Under the pieces are notes generated by a model. That model was given only the letters and a program-made list of their open reading frames with translations. It was not told the origin of the DNA and did not search any database. Position numbers and translations under genes: made by a program. Positions 1 through 9,593 of a DNA stretch of 64,000 nucleotides are shown here, one piece after another. This DNA comes from Alphaproteobacteria bacterium (GTDB taxonomy: Bacteria; Pseudomonadota; Alphaproteobacteria; UBA2966), in the NCBI GenBank assembly GCA_964291395.2, contig OZ219856.1, forward strand, positions 1,376,001 through 1,440,000, given 5' to 3'. Numbering within the stretch: position 1 is the first letter of the stretch; every line of letters starts with the position of its first letter.

Positions 1-1
1 T

Positions 2-2182
2 CGGGATCGGGTCGCGCAGATCATCACATTCGGAAAACTTCAGGCGCGGGCCGCGCTCCGTGACGTGGGGCGGGTTCTAGAGATGCCTTATGGTCAGGTC
101 GACCGTATCTGCAAGATGGTTCCGAACAATCCTGCCAATCCCGTGAAGCTCGCGGATGCGATCAGCGGAGAGCCGCGACTTCAGGAGATGCGCAATTCGG
201 ACGCGGCGGTCGCCCATTTGCTCGACATCGCGCTGAAGCTTGAAGGTCTATACCGGCATGCGTCCACACACGCCGCGGGCGTGGTCATCGGAGATCGGCC
301 GCTCGACGAACTGATCCCGCTTTACCGCGATCCAAGGTCCACGATGCCGGTGACACAGTTCTCCATGAAGTACGTCGACCAAGCGGGTCTGGTGAAGTTC
401 GACTTTCTTGGTCTGAAGACACTCACCGTATTGAATAAGACGCTGAACCTCGTCGATCGAAAGGACGATGAAATCGAGTTGGAGAAGATCTCTCTCGATG
501 ACCGCAAGACATTCGAGATGCTCGGGCGTGGCGAGACGGTCGGCGTGTTCCAGCTTGAAAGTACAGGCATGCGTCAGGTGCTTTTCGATATGAAGCCCGA
601 CGCGTTTGAGGACATCATCGCCCTCGTCGCGCTGTACCGCCCTGGACCGATGGAGAACATCCCCAGATTCGTCGCATGCAAGAAAGGCCAGGAGGAACCG
701 GAAACGCTCCATCCGATGATCGTACCCGTTCTTCGGGAGACTTACGGCGTCATCATCTACCAGGAGCAGGTCATGGAGATCGCCAAGGTTCTCTCCGGCT
801 TCAGCCTGAGCGACGCGGATGTGCTCAGGTGGGCAATGGGAAAGAAGATCAAATCCGAGATGGCTGCTCAGCGTGAGAAGTTCATCGATGGTGCCGTTGA
901 GCAAGGGGTCGATCGGGGTCGCGCGACGTACATATTCGAGCTGGTCGAGAAATTTGCCGGTTATGGATTCAACAAATCCCATGCCGCCTGCTATGCGCTC
1001 ATCGCGTACCAGACGGCGTGGCTGAAAGCCAACTATCCGGTGGAATTCCTGGCAGCGTCCATGACCCTCGATATGGGCAACACGGATAAGTTGGGTATTT
1101 TCAAGATGGAAGCGGAGCGCATGGGTGTTGAGCTCCGCCATCCGGACATCAATCAGTCCGATGTTGAATTCGCTGTCGAGCGCGACGGTGAAGGAGACGA
1201 TGCGGTCGCCAGCATTCGATATGCGCTTGCCGCGATCAAGAATGTCGGTAGGCAGGCGATGGAATCCATCGTGGCCGAGCGGAAAGAGAATGGTCCCTAC
1301 CGCAGCCTTTCAGATTTCGCGGATCGTATCGATCCGCGATTGATCAACAAACGGCAACTTGAAAACTTGGCGAGGGCCGGTGCGTTCGACACATTGAACC
1401 CCAACCGCGCCCAGGTCCTGGCCGCGGTAGAACAGGTGCTTCGACACGCGCAGTCGGCGGCTGAGTACCGCGTGACCGGTCAGGAGAGTCTGTTTGGAGA
1501 CGCCGACGGCGGCCTGCCGCGGATTCCCGTCCCGGAAATGGAAGATTGGCTGCTCATGGAGCGCCTTGCCCAAGAGCGGGACGCCGTGGGCTTCTATCTG
1601 TCTGCACATCCTCTCGAAGCGTTTCGGGTTCCTCTGCAGCGGCTCCGCGTCCGCAGCTTTGCGGACGCGAGCAAATTGTTGAATGGAAGCGATCGGCAGT
1701 TGAGACTCGCCGGGTCTGTAGAGGGTGTCCAGGAACGTACGTCGGCTAAGGGGAATCGGTTTGCCTTCGTGCAGTTATCCGATACAAGCGGCAGTTATGA
1801 GGTGACCGTATTCTCCGAATTGCTCTCGTCGTCCCGGGAACTGCTGCGGCTCGGTACAAACCTGCTCCTTGACGTCGAGGGTCGCTCGGACGGGGAATCT
1901 CCAAGGCTGACCGCTCAGTCCATTCGGCGCCTTGAAGATCTGGCATCTCAGACCGTGGCTGGTTTGCGAATCGCTGTTGACGAGGAGGATCCGATTTCGC
2001 GCCTCAGCGGGCTGCTGGACCCCGGAAAAAACGGAAACGGAGGCAGAGTCAGCCTGATTCTGCGACTTGATGGCGGTCTTACGGAGGTAGAGGTCGAGTT
2101 GCCCGAGGCATTCGTAATCTCTCGCGAGGTTCGAGAGAACTTGGCGCGCACACCGGGCGTTCTCGCCGTTAGTGAAATATGA
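2..2182 (+). CDS. dnaE: DNA polymerase III alpha subunit (5' end outside window)
   Basis: Open frame from the window edge (RDRVAQIITFGKL); motifs HAAGVVI, GLVKFDFLGLKTL, FAGYGFNKSHA, GFYLSAHPL. Confidence 0.97.
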   Translation, partial: RDRVAQIITFGKLQARAALRDVGRVLEMPYGQVDRICKMVPNNPANPVKLADAISGEPRLQEMRNSDAAVAHLLDIALKLEGLYRHASTHAAGVVIGDRPLDELIPLYRDPRSTMPVTQFSMKYVDQAGLVKFDFLGLKTLTVLNKTLNLVDRKDDEIELEKISLDDRKTFEMLGRGETVGVFQLESTGMRQVLFDMKPDAFEDIIALVALYRPGPMENIPRFVACKKGQEEPETLHPMIVPVLRETYGVIIYQEQVMEIAKVLSGFSLSDADVLRWAMGKKIKSEMAAQREKFIDGAVEQGVDRGRATYIFELVEKFAGYGFNKSHAACYALIAYQTAWLKANYPVEFLAASMTLDMGNTDKLGIFKMEAERMGVELRHPDINQSDVEFAVERDGEGDDAVASIRYALAAIKNVGRQAMESIVAERKENGPYRSLSDFADRIDPRLINKRQLENLARAGAFDTLNPNRAQVLAAVEQVLRHAQSAAEYRVTGQESLFGDADGGLPRIPVPEMEDWLLMERLAQERDAVGFYLSAHPLEAFRVPLQRLRVRSFADASKLLNGSDRQLRLAGSVEGVQERTSAKGNRFAFVQLSDTSGSYEVTVFSELLSSSRELLRLGTNLLLDVEGRSDGESPRLTAQSIRRLEDLASQTVAGLRIAVDEEDPISRLSGLLDPGKNGNGGRVSLILRLDGGLTEVEVELPEAFVISREVRENLARTPGVLAVSEI

Positions 2183-2207
2183 GCCGCGCGTCCCAATAGA
2201 AATTCCC

Positions 2208-2236
2208 TTGCACGTGCAGCATCTGACGGGTATCTA
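2208..2236 (+). promoter_or_regulatory. putative sigma70 promoter of rpsB-tsf
   Basis: TTGCAC (2208-2213), 17 bp spacer, TATCTA (2231-2236), followed by a GC-rich discriminator. Confidence 0.55.
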
Positions 2237-2273
2237 GCGGCGCGGAGTGTTGGCCGGCAGGTCAGCGCGAATA

Positions 2274-2385
2274 CTCACGCGGGATGCGGCCTTCCGACAA
2301 CAAAGAACCGGAACGTCGATCCGGTGTTCATCGGGTTCAGAGACCATGATGAACCGAACCCCGCGGCGGATGAACCGGAGAAGGA
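2274..2385 (+). promoter_or_regulatory. rpsB 5' leader (t44/S2 autoregulatory-leader-like structure)
   Basis: CGCGGG (2278-2283) pairs with CCCGCG (2360-2365), enclosing CCGGA/TCCGG and GTTCATC/GATGAAC stems; followed by GGCGGATGAACC, resembling the conserved 3' part of rpsB leaders. Confidence 0.55.
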
Positions 2386-2392
2386 CACGAAG

Positions 2393-3292
2393 ATGGTTGC
2401 GCCAACCTTTACGATGCGCCAGCTGCTCGAAGCTGGGGTACATTTCGGACATCAGACTCACCGTTGGAACCCGAAGATGTCTCAATACATTTTCGGCGTG
2501 CGCAACGGTATTCACATCATCGATCTCGAGCAAACCGTACCGATGCTTCATCGGGCGTTGGACGCGGTGCGGGACATCGTATCGTCGGGCGGTCGCGTGC
2601 TGTTTGTCGGCACCAAGCGCCAGGCATCATTGCCGGTGACGGAAGCGGCCCAGCGATGCGGGCAGTATTACGTCAACCACCGATGGCTGGGTGGCATGTT
2701 AACCAATTGGAGCACGATCTCGATCTCGATCAAGCGCCTCAAGGACTTGGACGAGATGCTGGCGGGCGACAATGTCGGCCTGACGAAGAAGGAATTGCTC
2801 CGCCTGACTCGCGAACGCGATCGACTCGAACGCGCGCTCGGCGGAATCAAGGAAATGGGCGGCATCCCGGATCTCCTGTTCGTGGTCGACACGAACAAGG
2901 AAGACATCGCCATAAAGGAGGGACAGAAGCTCGGCATTCCCGTGGTCGCGATTGTCGACAGCAATTCGGACCCCGTCGGGATTACTTATCCTGTACCGGG
3001 GAACGATGATGCGCTGCGAGCCATCAACTTGTATTGCGATCTCATGGTCCAATCCGTGCTCGACGGAATTCAGGCGGAAATGTCCGTGCGTGGCGAAGAC
3101 GTGGGCAAAGCAGAAGATCCCGTATTGGAGGAAATTCCCGCCGCCGAAGATGTGAGCGGCGAGAGGGTAGAGTCCGGTGACGCCGAACCGGAGACGGAAG
3201 AAGCGTCGTCTGAAGCACCTTCCAAAGACTCCGAGCCTGTAGACCCGGGAGAGGAAATCGCCGAGGAGGTAGCGCGGTCGGCCGCCAGCTGA
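2393..3292 (+). CDS. rpsB: 30S ribosomal protein S2 with acidic C-terminal tail
   Basis: [35 protein letters not shown]; start moved to ATG 2393 after GGAGAAGGA. Confidence 0.97.
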   Translation: MVAPTFTMRQLLEAGVHFGHQTHRWNPKMSQYIFGVRNGIHIIDLEQTVPMLHRALDAVRDIVSSGGRVLFVGTKRQASLPVTEAAQRCGQYYVNHRWLGGMLTNWSTISISIKRLKDLDEMLAGDNVGLTKKELLRLTRERDRLERALGGIKEMGGIPDLLFVVDTNKEDIAIKEGQKLGIPVVAIVDSNSDPVGITYPVPGNDDALRAINLYCDLMVQSVLDGIQAEMSVRGEDVGKAEDPVLEEIPAAEDVSGERVESGDAEPETEEASSEAPSKDSEPVDPGEEIAEEVARSAAS

Positions 3293-3355
3293 GGTGAAAC
3301 CCGGTAGCAGTAGCGCCCAACCAGAGTTGAATGCTGATCGTACGTAGGTGAGAAC

Positions 3356-4282
3356 ATGGCAAGTATCTCGGCATCCGAAGTAAAGATCCTCCGAGAGCGT
3401 ACCGGTGCGGGCATGATGGATTGCAAGCAAGCCCTTGCCGAAAATGATGGTGACATGGACGCAGCCATTGACTGGCTACGTACCAAAGGCCTGGCTGCAG
3501 CGGCCAGGAAGGCGAGCCGGGTCGCGGCAGAAGGTCTCGTAGGAGTCGCTGTTTCCGGGTGCTCCGCCGCAGTGGTGGAAATCAACTCCGAAACCGATTT
3601 CGTGGGGCGGAACGAGTCGTTTCAGGAATTTGTTCGAACCATCGCGGGTGTGGCATTGGCGAATCAAGGCGACTACGACGGCACGTTGGCGGCGCCCTAT
3701 CCGGACGAGGCGCGTACCGTGGGGGAGCAGGTTCAGCAGATGGTCGCGACAGTCGGCGAAAATATCCAGTTCCGCAGGTCCGACGCTCTTTCCGTACGGT
3801 CGGGCGTAGTGGCCAGCTATGTCCATAACACCGTGGTCCCCAATCTCGGCAAGATCGGCGTTCTCGTGGCCCTCGAGTCCGACGGTGACACTGAGACGCT
3901 CTCGGGACTTGGGAAACAAATCGCGATGCATGTGGCGGCCGCCAACCCCTTGTCCCTATCGGTTGACTCGTTAGATTCCGCGGTGGTCGAGCGGGAACGG
4001 GCTGTGCTCGTGGAACAGGGGCGACAGTCTGGCAAGTCACAGGACATCATCGCCAAAATGACGGAAGGGCGGCTCCGTAAGTTTTACGAGGAAGCGGTTC
4101 TGAACGAGCAGATCTACGTAATCGATGGCGAGACGAAGGTGTCCAAGGTCGTGGAACAGGCCGCGCGGGACTTGGGCACGGACATCAAGCTGGCTGGATT
4201 CGTAAGGTTTGCTCTGGGCGAGGGCATCGAGCGCGAAGAAGAAGATTTTGCAGCGGAGGTCGTGGCACAGCTGTCCGGCTAA
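3356..4282 (+). CDS. tsf: elongation factor Ts
   Basis: [27 protein letters not shown]; follows rpsB. Confidence 0.98.
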   Translation: MASISASEVKILRERTGAGMMDCKQALAENDGDMDAAIDWLRTKGLAAAARKASRVAAEGLVGVAVSGCSAAVVEINSETDFVGRNESFQEFVRTIAGVALANQGDYDGTLAAPYPDEARTVGEQVQQMVATVGENIQFRRSDALSVRSGVVASYVHNTVVPNLGKIGVLVALESDGDTETLSGLGKQIAMHVAAANPLSLSVDSLDSAVVERERAVLVEQGRQSGKSQDIIAKMTEGRLRKFYEEAVLNEQIYVIDGETKVSKVVEQAARDLGTDIKLAGFVRFALGEGIEREEEDFAAEVVAQLSG

Positions 4283-4402
4283 CTGCTTGCAGAACAAAGA
4301 CTCTCTTCGCAGAACAGCACGAATACTGTAAGGTTTGCGCCCGGGTGAGCCTGGTCGATCTGCGGGCCAGAATGACCTGGGGACCTTCCGCCTGAGAGCG
4401 CC

Positions 4403-5140
4403 ATGTCGCGTGCTGCCAAGTTTCGGCGAGTCATGCTGAAAGCATCAGGTGAGGCGCTTCTCGGCGACTCGGCCTATGGCGTTGATTTCTCGGCGGTCGA
4501 TCGAATCTCGCGTGACATCAAGGCGGTTCACGGTCTCGGCGTCGAGGTTTGCGTCGTAGTCGGGGGCGGGAACATTTTCCGTGGGATTTCAGGTGTCACC
4601 GCCGGGTTGGACAGAGCAAGCGCCGATTACATGGGCATGTTGGCGACGGTGATCAATGCCGTCGCGATTCAAGGCACGCTCGAGGCACATGGGGTCTACA
4701 CGCGGGTGTTGTCGGCCATCCCGATGACGACGATTTGCGAACCCTACATACGTCGCCGGGCGGTACGTCATCTGGAGAAGGGCCGGGTGGTTATCTTCGC
4801 GGGTGGGACCGGAAATCCGTTCTTTACCACGGATACCGCAGCCGCTCTCCGCGCAACCGAGATGGGGTGCGACGCCTTGCTGAAGGGCACGCAGGTCGAT
4901 GGTGTCTATTCGGCCGATCCACAAAGGAGCAAGGACGCCCAGAGATATGATACCTTGAGCTACATGGACGTGCTGTCCAAGGACCTCAAGGTGATGGATG
5001 CTACGGCGATTTCCCTTGCGCGTGAAAACTTGATTCCGATCCTTGTATTTTCCATTCAGACGGCGGGTTCTTTTGCTGACGTGGTGTGTGGCGAAGGTAG
5101 GTACACGATGATCAGCGAGGAGGAACAGGGGCATGGCTGA
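4403..5140 (+). CDS. pyrH: UMP kinase
   Basis: [27 protein letters not shown]. Confidence 0.98.
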   Translation: MSRAAKFRRVMLKASGEALLGDSAYGVDFSAVDRISRDIKAVHGLGVEVCVVVGGGNIFRGISGVTAGLDRASADYMGMLATVINAVAIQGTLEAHGVYTRVLSAIPMTTICEPYIRRRAVRHLEKGRVVIFAGGTGNPFFTTDTAAALRATEMGCDALLKGTQVDGVYSADPQRSKDAQRYDTLSYMDVLSKDLKVMDATAISLARENLIPILVFSIQTAGSFADVVCGEGRYTMISEEEQGHG

Positions 5141-5690
5141 TCCGGATATTGATGGAATTCAGCATCGCATGGCTGGTGCGTTGGAGGTTCTGAAACAGGA
5201 GTTCGCCGGTCTTCGCACGGGCCGGGCTTCGGCCAGCTTGCTGGAGCCGATCACGGTTGATGCCTATGGCAGTCAGATGCCGTTGAATCAACTTGCGCAC
5301 ATCAACGTTCCTGAGCCACGCCTCTTGACGGTCCAAGTGTGGGACAAGGGCACGGTCAAGGCGGTCGAAAAAGCCATTCAGACGTCGGGATTGGGCCTCA
5401 ATCCCTCCGTCGACGGTCAGCTCATCCGCGTTCCTATTCCGGAGCTCAATGAGGAGCGTCGGCAGGAGCTCACCAAGGTCGCGAGCAAGTACGCGGAACA
5501 GGCTCGGGTGGCCGTGCGAAATGTGCGGCGTAATGGGATGGAGTCGCTCAAGCAGATGGAGAAGGCGGGCGAAATGTCGCAGGACGAGCATCGTGCCTGG
5601 GCGGAAGAAATCCAACAGTTGACGGACGAGATGGTGGCCAGGATCGACGAAACCGCTGTTGCCAAGGAAGAGGAAATACTGCAGGTCTAA
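5133..5690 (+). CDS. frr: ribosome recycling factor
   Basis: [22 protein letters not shown]; overlaps the pyrH stop. Confidence 0.98.
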   Translation: MADPDIDGIQHRMAGALEVLKQEFAGLRTGRASASLLEPITVDAYGSQMPLNQLAHINVPEPRLLTVQVWDKGTVKAVEKAIQTSGLGLNPSVDGQLIRVPIPELNEERRQELTKVASKYAEQARVAVRNVRRNGMESLKQMEKAGEMSQDEHRAWAEEIQQLTDEMVARIDETAVAKEEEILQV

Positions 5691-5693
5691 TCG

Positions 5694-6425
5694 ATGCAAG
5701 TGCTTGATCTTGAGCAGTTTGCAAGGCCACCCACTCACGTTGCCATCATCATGGACGGCAACGGGCGCTGGGCGAAGGCTCGGGGGCTTCCCAGATTGGC
5801 CGGACATCAGAGAGGTGCTGAGGCCGTCCGAGTGGTGGTGGAGAGCTGCTGTGAGCTTGGGATTTCCTACCTCACGCTCTACGCATTTTCATCGGAGAAC
5901 TGGAAACGCCCCCCTTCCGAAGTGGACGACTTGATGGCTCTGCTCCGACACTATCTAAGGCGGGAAATAGGCGAGCTTCACGGCAATAATGTTCGAGTGT
6001 GTTTCATCGGAGATCGGTCGCCGCTCGCCGACGATATCAAGTCGTTGATCGATGGAGCGGAAACGAAGACGGTTGCCAACACCGGTCTAACCCTGACGAT
6101 CGCCATCAACTATGGCAGCCACAACGAAATCCTGGGTGCGTGCAAAAACATTGTGCAGGCTGTTTCAGAAGGTGCGTTGAGTCTCGACTCCCTTACGGAA
6201 GAAGTATTCGAGCGTTTCCTCGATACGGCGAATATGCCTCCCCCGGACCTTCTGATTCGGACCAGCGGTGAACAGCGCCTCAGTAATTTTCTGCTTTGGC
6301 AGCTGGCTTATTCCGAACTCATTTTCATGGACACCTTGTGGCCGGATTTCTCCAAACGGAATCTTGAGGAGGCCGTCAGCGAATATCACGGTCGCGACCG
6401 GAGGTATGGCGCCAGCAATGGCTGA
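5694..6425 (+). CDS. uppS: undecaprenyl diphosphate synthase
   Basis: HVAIIMDGNGRWA, FSSENWKRP, IRTSGEQRLSNFLLWQ. Confidence 0.97.
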   Translation: MQVLDLEQFARPPTHVAIIMDGNGRWAKARGLPRLAGHQRGAEAVRVVVESCCELGISYLTLYAFSSENWKRPPSEVDDLMALLRHYLRREIGELHGNNVRVCFIGDRSPLADDIKSLIDGAETKTVANTGLTLTIAINYGSHNEILGACKNIVQAVSEGALSLDSLTEEVFERFLDTANMPPPDLLIRTSGEQRLSNFLLWQLAYSELIFMDTLWPDFSKRNLEEAVSEYHGRDRRYGASNG

Positions 6426-7224
6426 ACGTGTGTCCAGTGAACTCTTCCAACGTGTGGTCGCCGCGACAATCCTCATTCCCGTCGCTTTGGCAGCTGTCTA
6501 TTTCGGGGGTTGGGCGTTCTCGCTCCTTGCGGCGATTGCAGTCACTCTCATGATATGCGAATGGGAGCCCGTTACGGGTGGAGAGCGGACAGGACGCCAC
6601 ACATTAGTTGGGATCATTACGGCGCTCGCCGCCTTGTCGGTTGTTTCGTTCGGCAGCTTCCAATGGGCCCTGATCCTCATTGGAGCCGGGACATTCGTCG
6701 ATCTCGTCGTCCCCCGAAAGGACGGCAAGTATTCTCGCTGGCCGGCGGTCGGCCTGATCGCCATCGGTATACCCGCCGTTTGCCTGGTATGGCTGAGAGG
6801 CGCCAGCGAGGGGATGACGGTGATCGTATGGCTGCTGGTCGTGTTGTGGGCGACGGACAGCGGCGCCTATTTCGTGGGCAAATGGATTGGTGGAGCACGT
6901 CTTGCACCGACGGTCAGCCCGGGCAAGACGTGGGCTGGTTTTGTTGGCGGCACAGGCGCCAGTGTCTTGGTCGGCGTGGCAACAGCGATCGTGTTACCGG
7001 ACATGTCGACGATCAGGGCAGTTTTGGCCAGTATCCTGGTTTCGTTGGCTGGACAGGGTGGTGACTTGGTGGTCTCTGCGGTGAAACGTCGATTCGGCGC
7101 AAAGGATATGGGCACTATCATTCCGGGGCACGGCGGAGTTCTCGATCGTCTGGATAGCCTGTTGTTTGGCGCCATGGCCGTGGTTGCGCTGGCCGTCGCA
7201 GGCGGAGGGACTGTGCCCCTATGA
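6418..7224 (+). CDS. cdsA: phosphatidate cytidylyltransferase
   Basis: Hydrophobic; WATDSGAYF, SPGKTWAG, PGHGGVLDRLDS; start chosen to overlap the uppS stop. Confidence 0.95.
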   Translation: MAERVSSELFQRVVAATILIPVALAAVYFGGWAFSLLAAIAVTLMICEWEPVTGGERTGRHTLVGIITALAALSVVSFGSFQWALILIGAGTFVDLVVPRKDGKYSRWPAVGLIAIGIPAVCLVWLRGASEGMTVIVWLLVVLWATDSGAYFVGKWIGGARLAPTVSPGKTWAGFVGGTGASVLVGVATAIVLPDMSTIRAVLASILVSLAGQGGDLVVSAVKRRFGAKDMGTIIPGHGGVLDRLDSLLFGAMAVVALAVAGGGTVPL

Positions 7225-8417
7225 CCGTGAAATCGTTAAATGCGGACGATGGGGTGCGAACGGTCACGGTACTCGGTTCGACGGGTTCGGTGGGTTGCAA
7301 CACGTTGGATCTGATCGCGCGGAGGCCCGACGAATATTCCGTTGAGACGCTCACAGCGAACACCAATTACGCGCTTCTGGCCGAGCAAGCGTTGCGGTTC
7401 GAGCCGGGACTCGCCGTGATCGCAAACAAAGATAAGTACTCGGAACTGAAGAGCGAACTGTCGGGAACGGGCATTCAGATAGAGGCGGGTCGGGATGCGC
7501 TCGTTGAAGCGGCGGCCCGCCCCGCCGAATGGGTTATGGCAGCCATTGTAGGTGCGGCGGGATTGGAGCCCACTCTGGCGGCGGCTCGACGCGGTGCCAT
7601 CGTCGCCCTCGCCAATAAGGAATGCCTTGTCAGCGCGGGACCGTTGTTGATGGAGGAAATCAGATCCAGTGGTGGAACCCTTCTTCCCGTGGATTCCGAG
7701 CACAATGCCATCTTTCAGGTGTTTGATTTCGAGCGCCGCGACGCGGTCGAACGAGTGATCCTAACGGCATCGGGTGGGCCGTTCAGAACACTTGAGCTTG
7801 AAGTAATGGGACGCGTAACTCCGGCGCAGGCAGTGGCGCATCCCACATGGGATATGGGAGCGAAGATTTCCGTCGATTCGGCAACGATGTTTAACAAGGG
7901 ACTTGAGCTGATCGAGGCCCATCAAATATTTCAGATTCCCGAAGACAGGATAGAGATTTTGGTTCACCCGCAGTCGGTCGTGCACAGCTTAGTCGCCTAC
8001 GTCGACGGTTCTGTCTTGGCGCAGCTCGGTATGCCCGACATGCGAACGCCCATTGCTTATACGCTGGGTTGGCCGTCGCGGATGCAAACGCCGGCAGCGA
8101 GGCTTGATCTCGCCGAATTGGGCCAACTCACGTTTGAGCGGCCCGACATGGACCGGTTTCCGGCATTGCGCTTGGCGAGGGAGGCGTTAAAACAAGGTGG
8201 GGCATCGCCGGCCGTCCTTAACGCAGCAAACGAAGTGGCGGTGGATGGATTTCTCAGCGGTTCATTGGGGTTCTTGAAAATTGCCGAGACCGTTGAACAT
8301 GTCTTGGCTGCGTTGGTCGGCAGGACCATACAGTCGCTGGAAGATGTGCTCGAAGTCGATCGTGAGGCTCGCGAAATTGCGCGTGAATGCGTGGGGCAGG
8401 GATACATTGATTCATAA
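7221..8417 (+). CDS. dxr: 1-deoxy-D-xylulose-5-phosphate reductoisomerase
   Basis: LGSTGSVG, LANKE, LPVDSEH, NAANE. Confidence 0.98.
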   Translation: MTVKSLNADDGVRTVTVLGSTGSVGCNTLDLIARRPDEYSVETLTANTNYALLAEQALRFEPGLAVIANKDKYSELKSELSGTGIQIEAGRDALVEAAARPAEWVMAAIVGAAGLEPTLAAARRGAIVALANKECLVSAGPLLMEEIRSSGGTLLPVDSEHNAIFQVFDFERRDAVERVILTASGGPFRTLELEVMGRVTPAQAVAHPTWDMGAKISVDSATMFNKGLELIEAHQIFQIPEDRIEILVHPQSVVHSLVAYVDGSVLAQLGMPDMRTPIAYTLGWPSRMQTPAARLDLAELGQLTFERPDMDRFPALRLAREALKQGGASPAVLNAANEVAVDGFLSGSLGFLKIAETVEHVLAALVGRTIQSLEDVLEVDREAREIARECVGQGYIDS

Positions 8418-8459
8418 GATGATGTGCATCGGAATTCTTCGGAGCAGAGGAGCGGCTGG

Positions 8460-9593
8460 ATGGAATTCTTGAGCGGCATTTGGACGTACCTGGTGTCGTT
8501 TCTTTTCGTGCTGACGGTATTGGTGTTTGTTCACGAGATGGGCCATTACCTCGTGGCGCGCTGGTGCGGTGTTGCTGTCGAGACCTTCTCCATTGGATTT
8601 GGCCGTGAAATCTGTCACTGGCGCGACTCCAAGGGCACACGGTGGCGCATCGGTTGGTTGCCGCTGGGAGGGTACGTGAAGTTTTTTGGGGACGCGGATG
8701 CCACCTCGGTACGGAGTACGCAGGAGGCGGAGCCTTCTAGAGAGCAACGAAAGGAATATTTTCAGGAGAAACCGTTGGGTGTGCGGACAGTGGTCGTGTC
8801 CGCCGGTCCTATCGCGAACTTCCTGCTTGCCGTGGTGCTCCTGGCCGGACTTTTCGCAGTTGTTGGACAGCCGTTCACGCCGCCCGTTGTCCAGGAAGTC
8901 ATCCCCGACACAGCAGCGGCATCGGCAGGATTTCGAGCCGGCGACAGGATTATCGAAATCGACGGTCAGGGTGTCGATCGATTTGAAGAGGTGCAGCAGC
9001 TCGTCATGACGAGTCCGGGTCGGCCGCTCGTTATGCTCGTGGCGAGGGAAAGCCGTCAGCTAGAACTGAACGTAACGCCGGGGGTACGGACGCTCACTGA
9101 TCGATTCGGTAATACACATGATGTTGGATTTCTGGGCGTTCAACGAAGTGGCGTTGACTTTATCCGCCATGACCCGCTGAGCGCGGTTTGGTACGCCGCA
9201 AAACAGACGTACACGTTCACCGTCATGACCTTGCGGTATGTCGGGCAAATGATCGTCGGATTGCGATCGCCTGACGACTTGCGTGGCCCCATCGGCATTG
9301 TGCAAATGTCGGGTCAAGCGGCCCAAATTGGAATAACTTCCGTCGTTCAGTTCATGGCCGTTCTTTCAATCAGCCTGGGACTGATCAACCTATTCCCCAT
9401 ACCCGTCTTGGACGGAGGCCACCTCTTGTTCTACGCATTCGAAGCTCTGCGGGGAAAACCGCTGGGCGAACGAGCACAGGAATATGGCTTTCGCGTTGGG
9501 CTGGCTCTGGTGGTGGGTCTTATGGTGGTGGCGACGTGGAACGACCTCGTACAATTGGAAGTATTCGAGTACGTGGTTCGGTTTTTCTCGTGA
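8460..9593 (+). CDS. rseP: RIP metalloprotease RseP
   Basis: HEMGH, PLGGYV, PDZ region, NLFPIPVLDGG; ATG 8460 preceded by GAGGAG. Confidence 0.96.
   Translation: MEFLSGIWTYLVSFLFVLTVLVFVHEMGHYLVARWCGVAVETFSIGFGREICHWRDSKGTRWRIGWLPLGGYVKFFGDADATSVRSTQEAEPSREQRKEYFQEKPLGVRTVVVSAGPIANFLLAVVLLAGLFAVVGQPFTPPVVQEVIPDTAAASAGFRAGDRIIEIDGQGVDRFEEVQQLVMTSPGRPLVMLVARESRQLELNVTPGVRTLTDRFGNTHDVGFLGVQRSGVDFIRHDPLSAVWYAAKQTYTFTVMTLRYVGQMIVGLRSPDDLRGPIGIVQMSGQAAQIGITSVVQFMAVLSISLGLINLFPIPVLDGGHLLFYAFEALRGKPLGERAQEYGFRVGLALVVGLMVVATWNDLVQLEVFEYVVRFFS

Noticed and set aside
4289-4316. GCAGAACA direct repeat, 20 bp apart, between tsf and pyrH
   Set aside because: Only two 8-mers and no supporting context.
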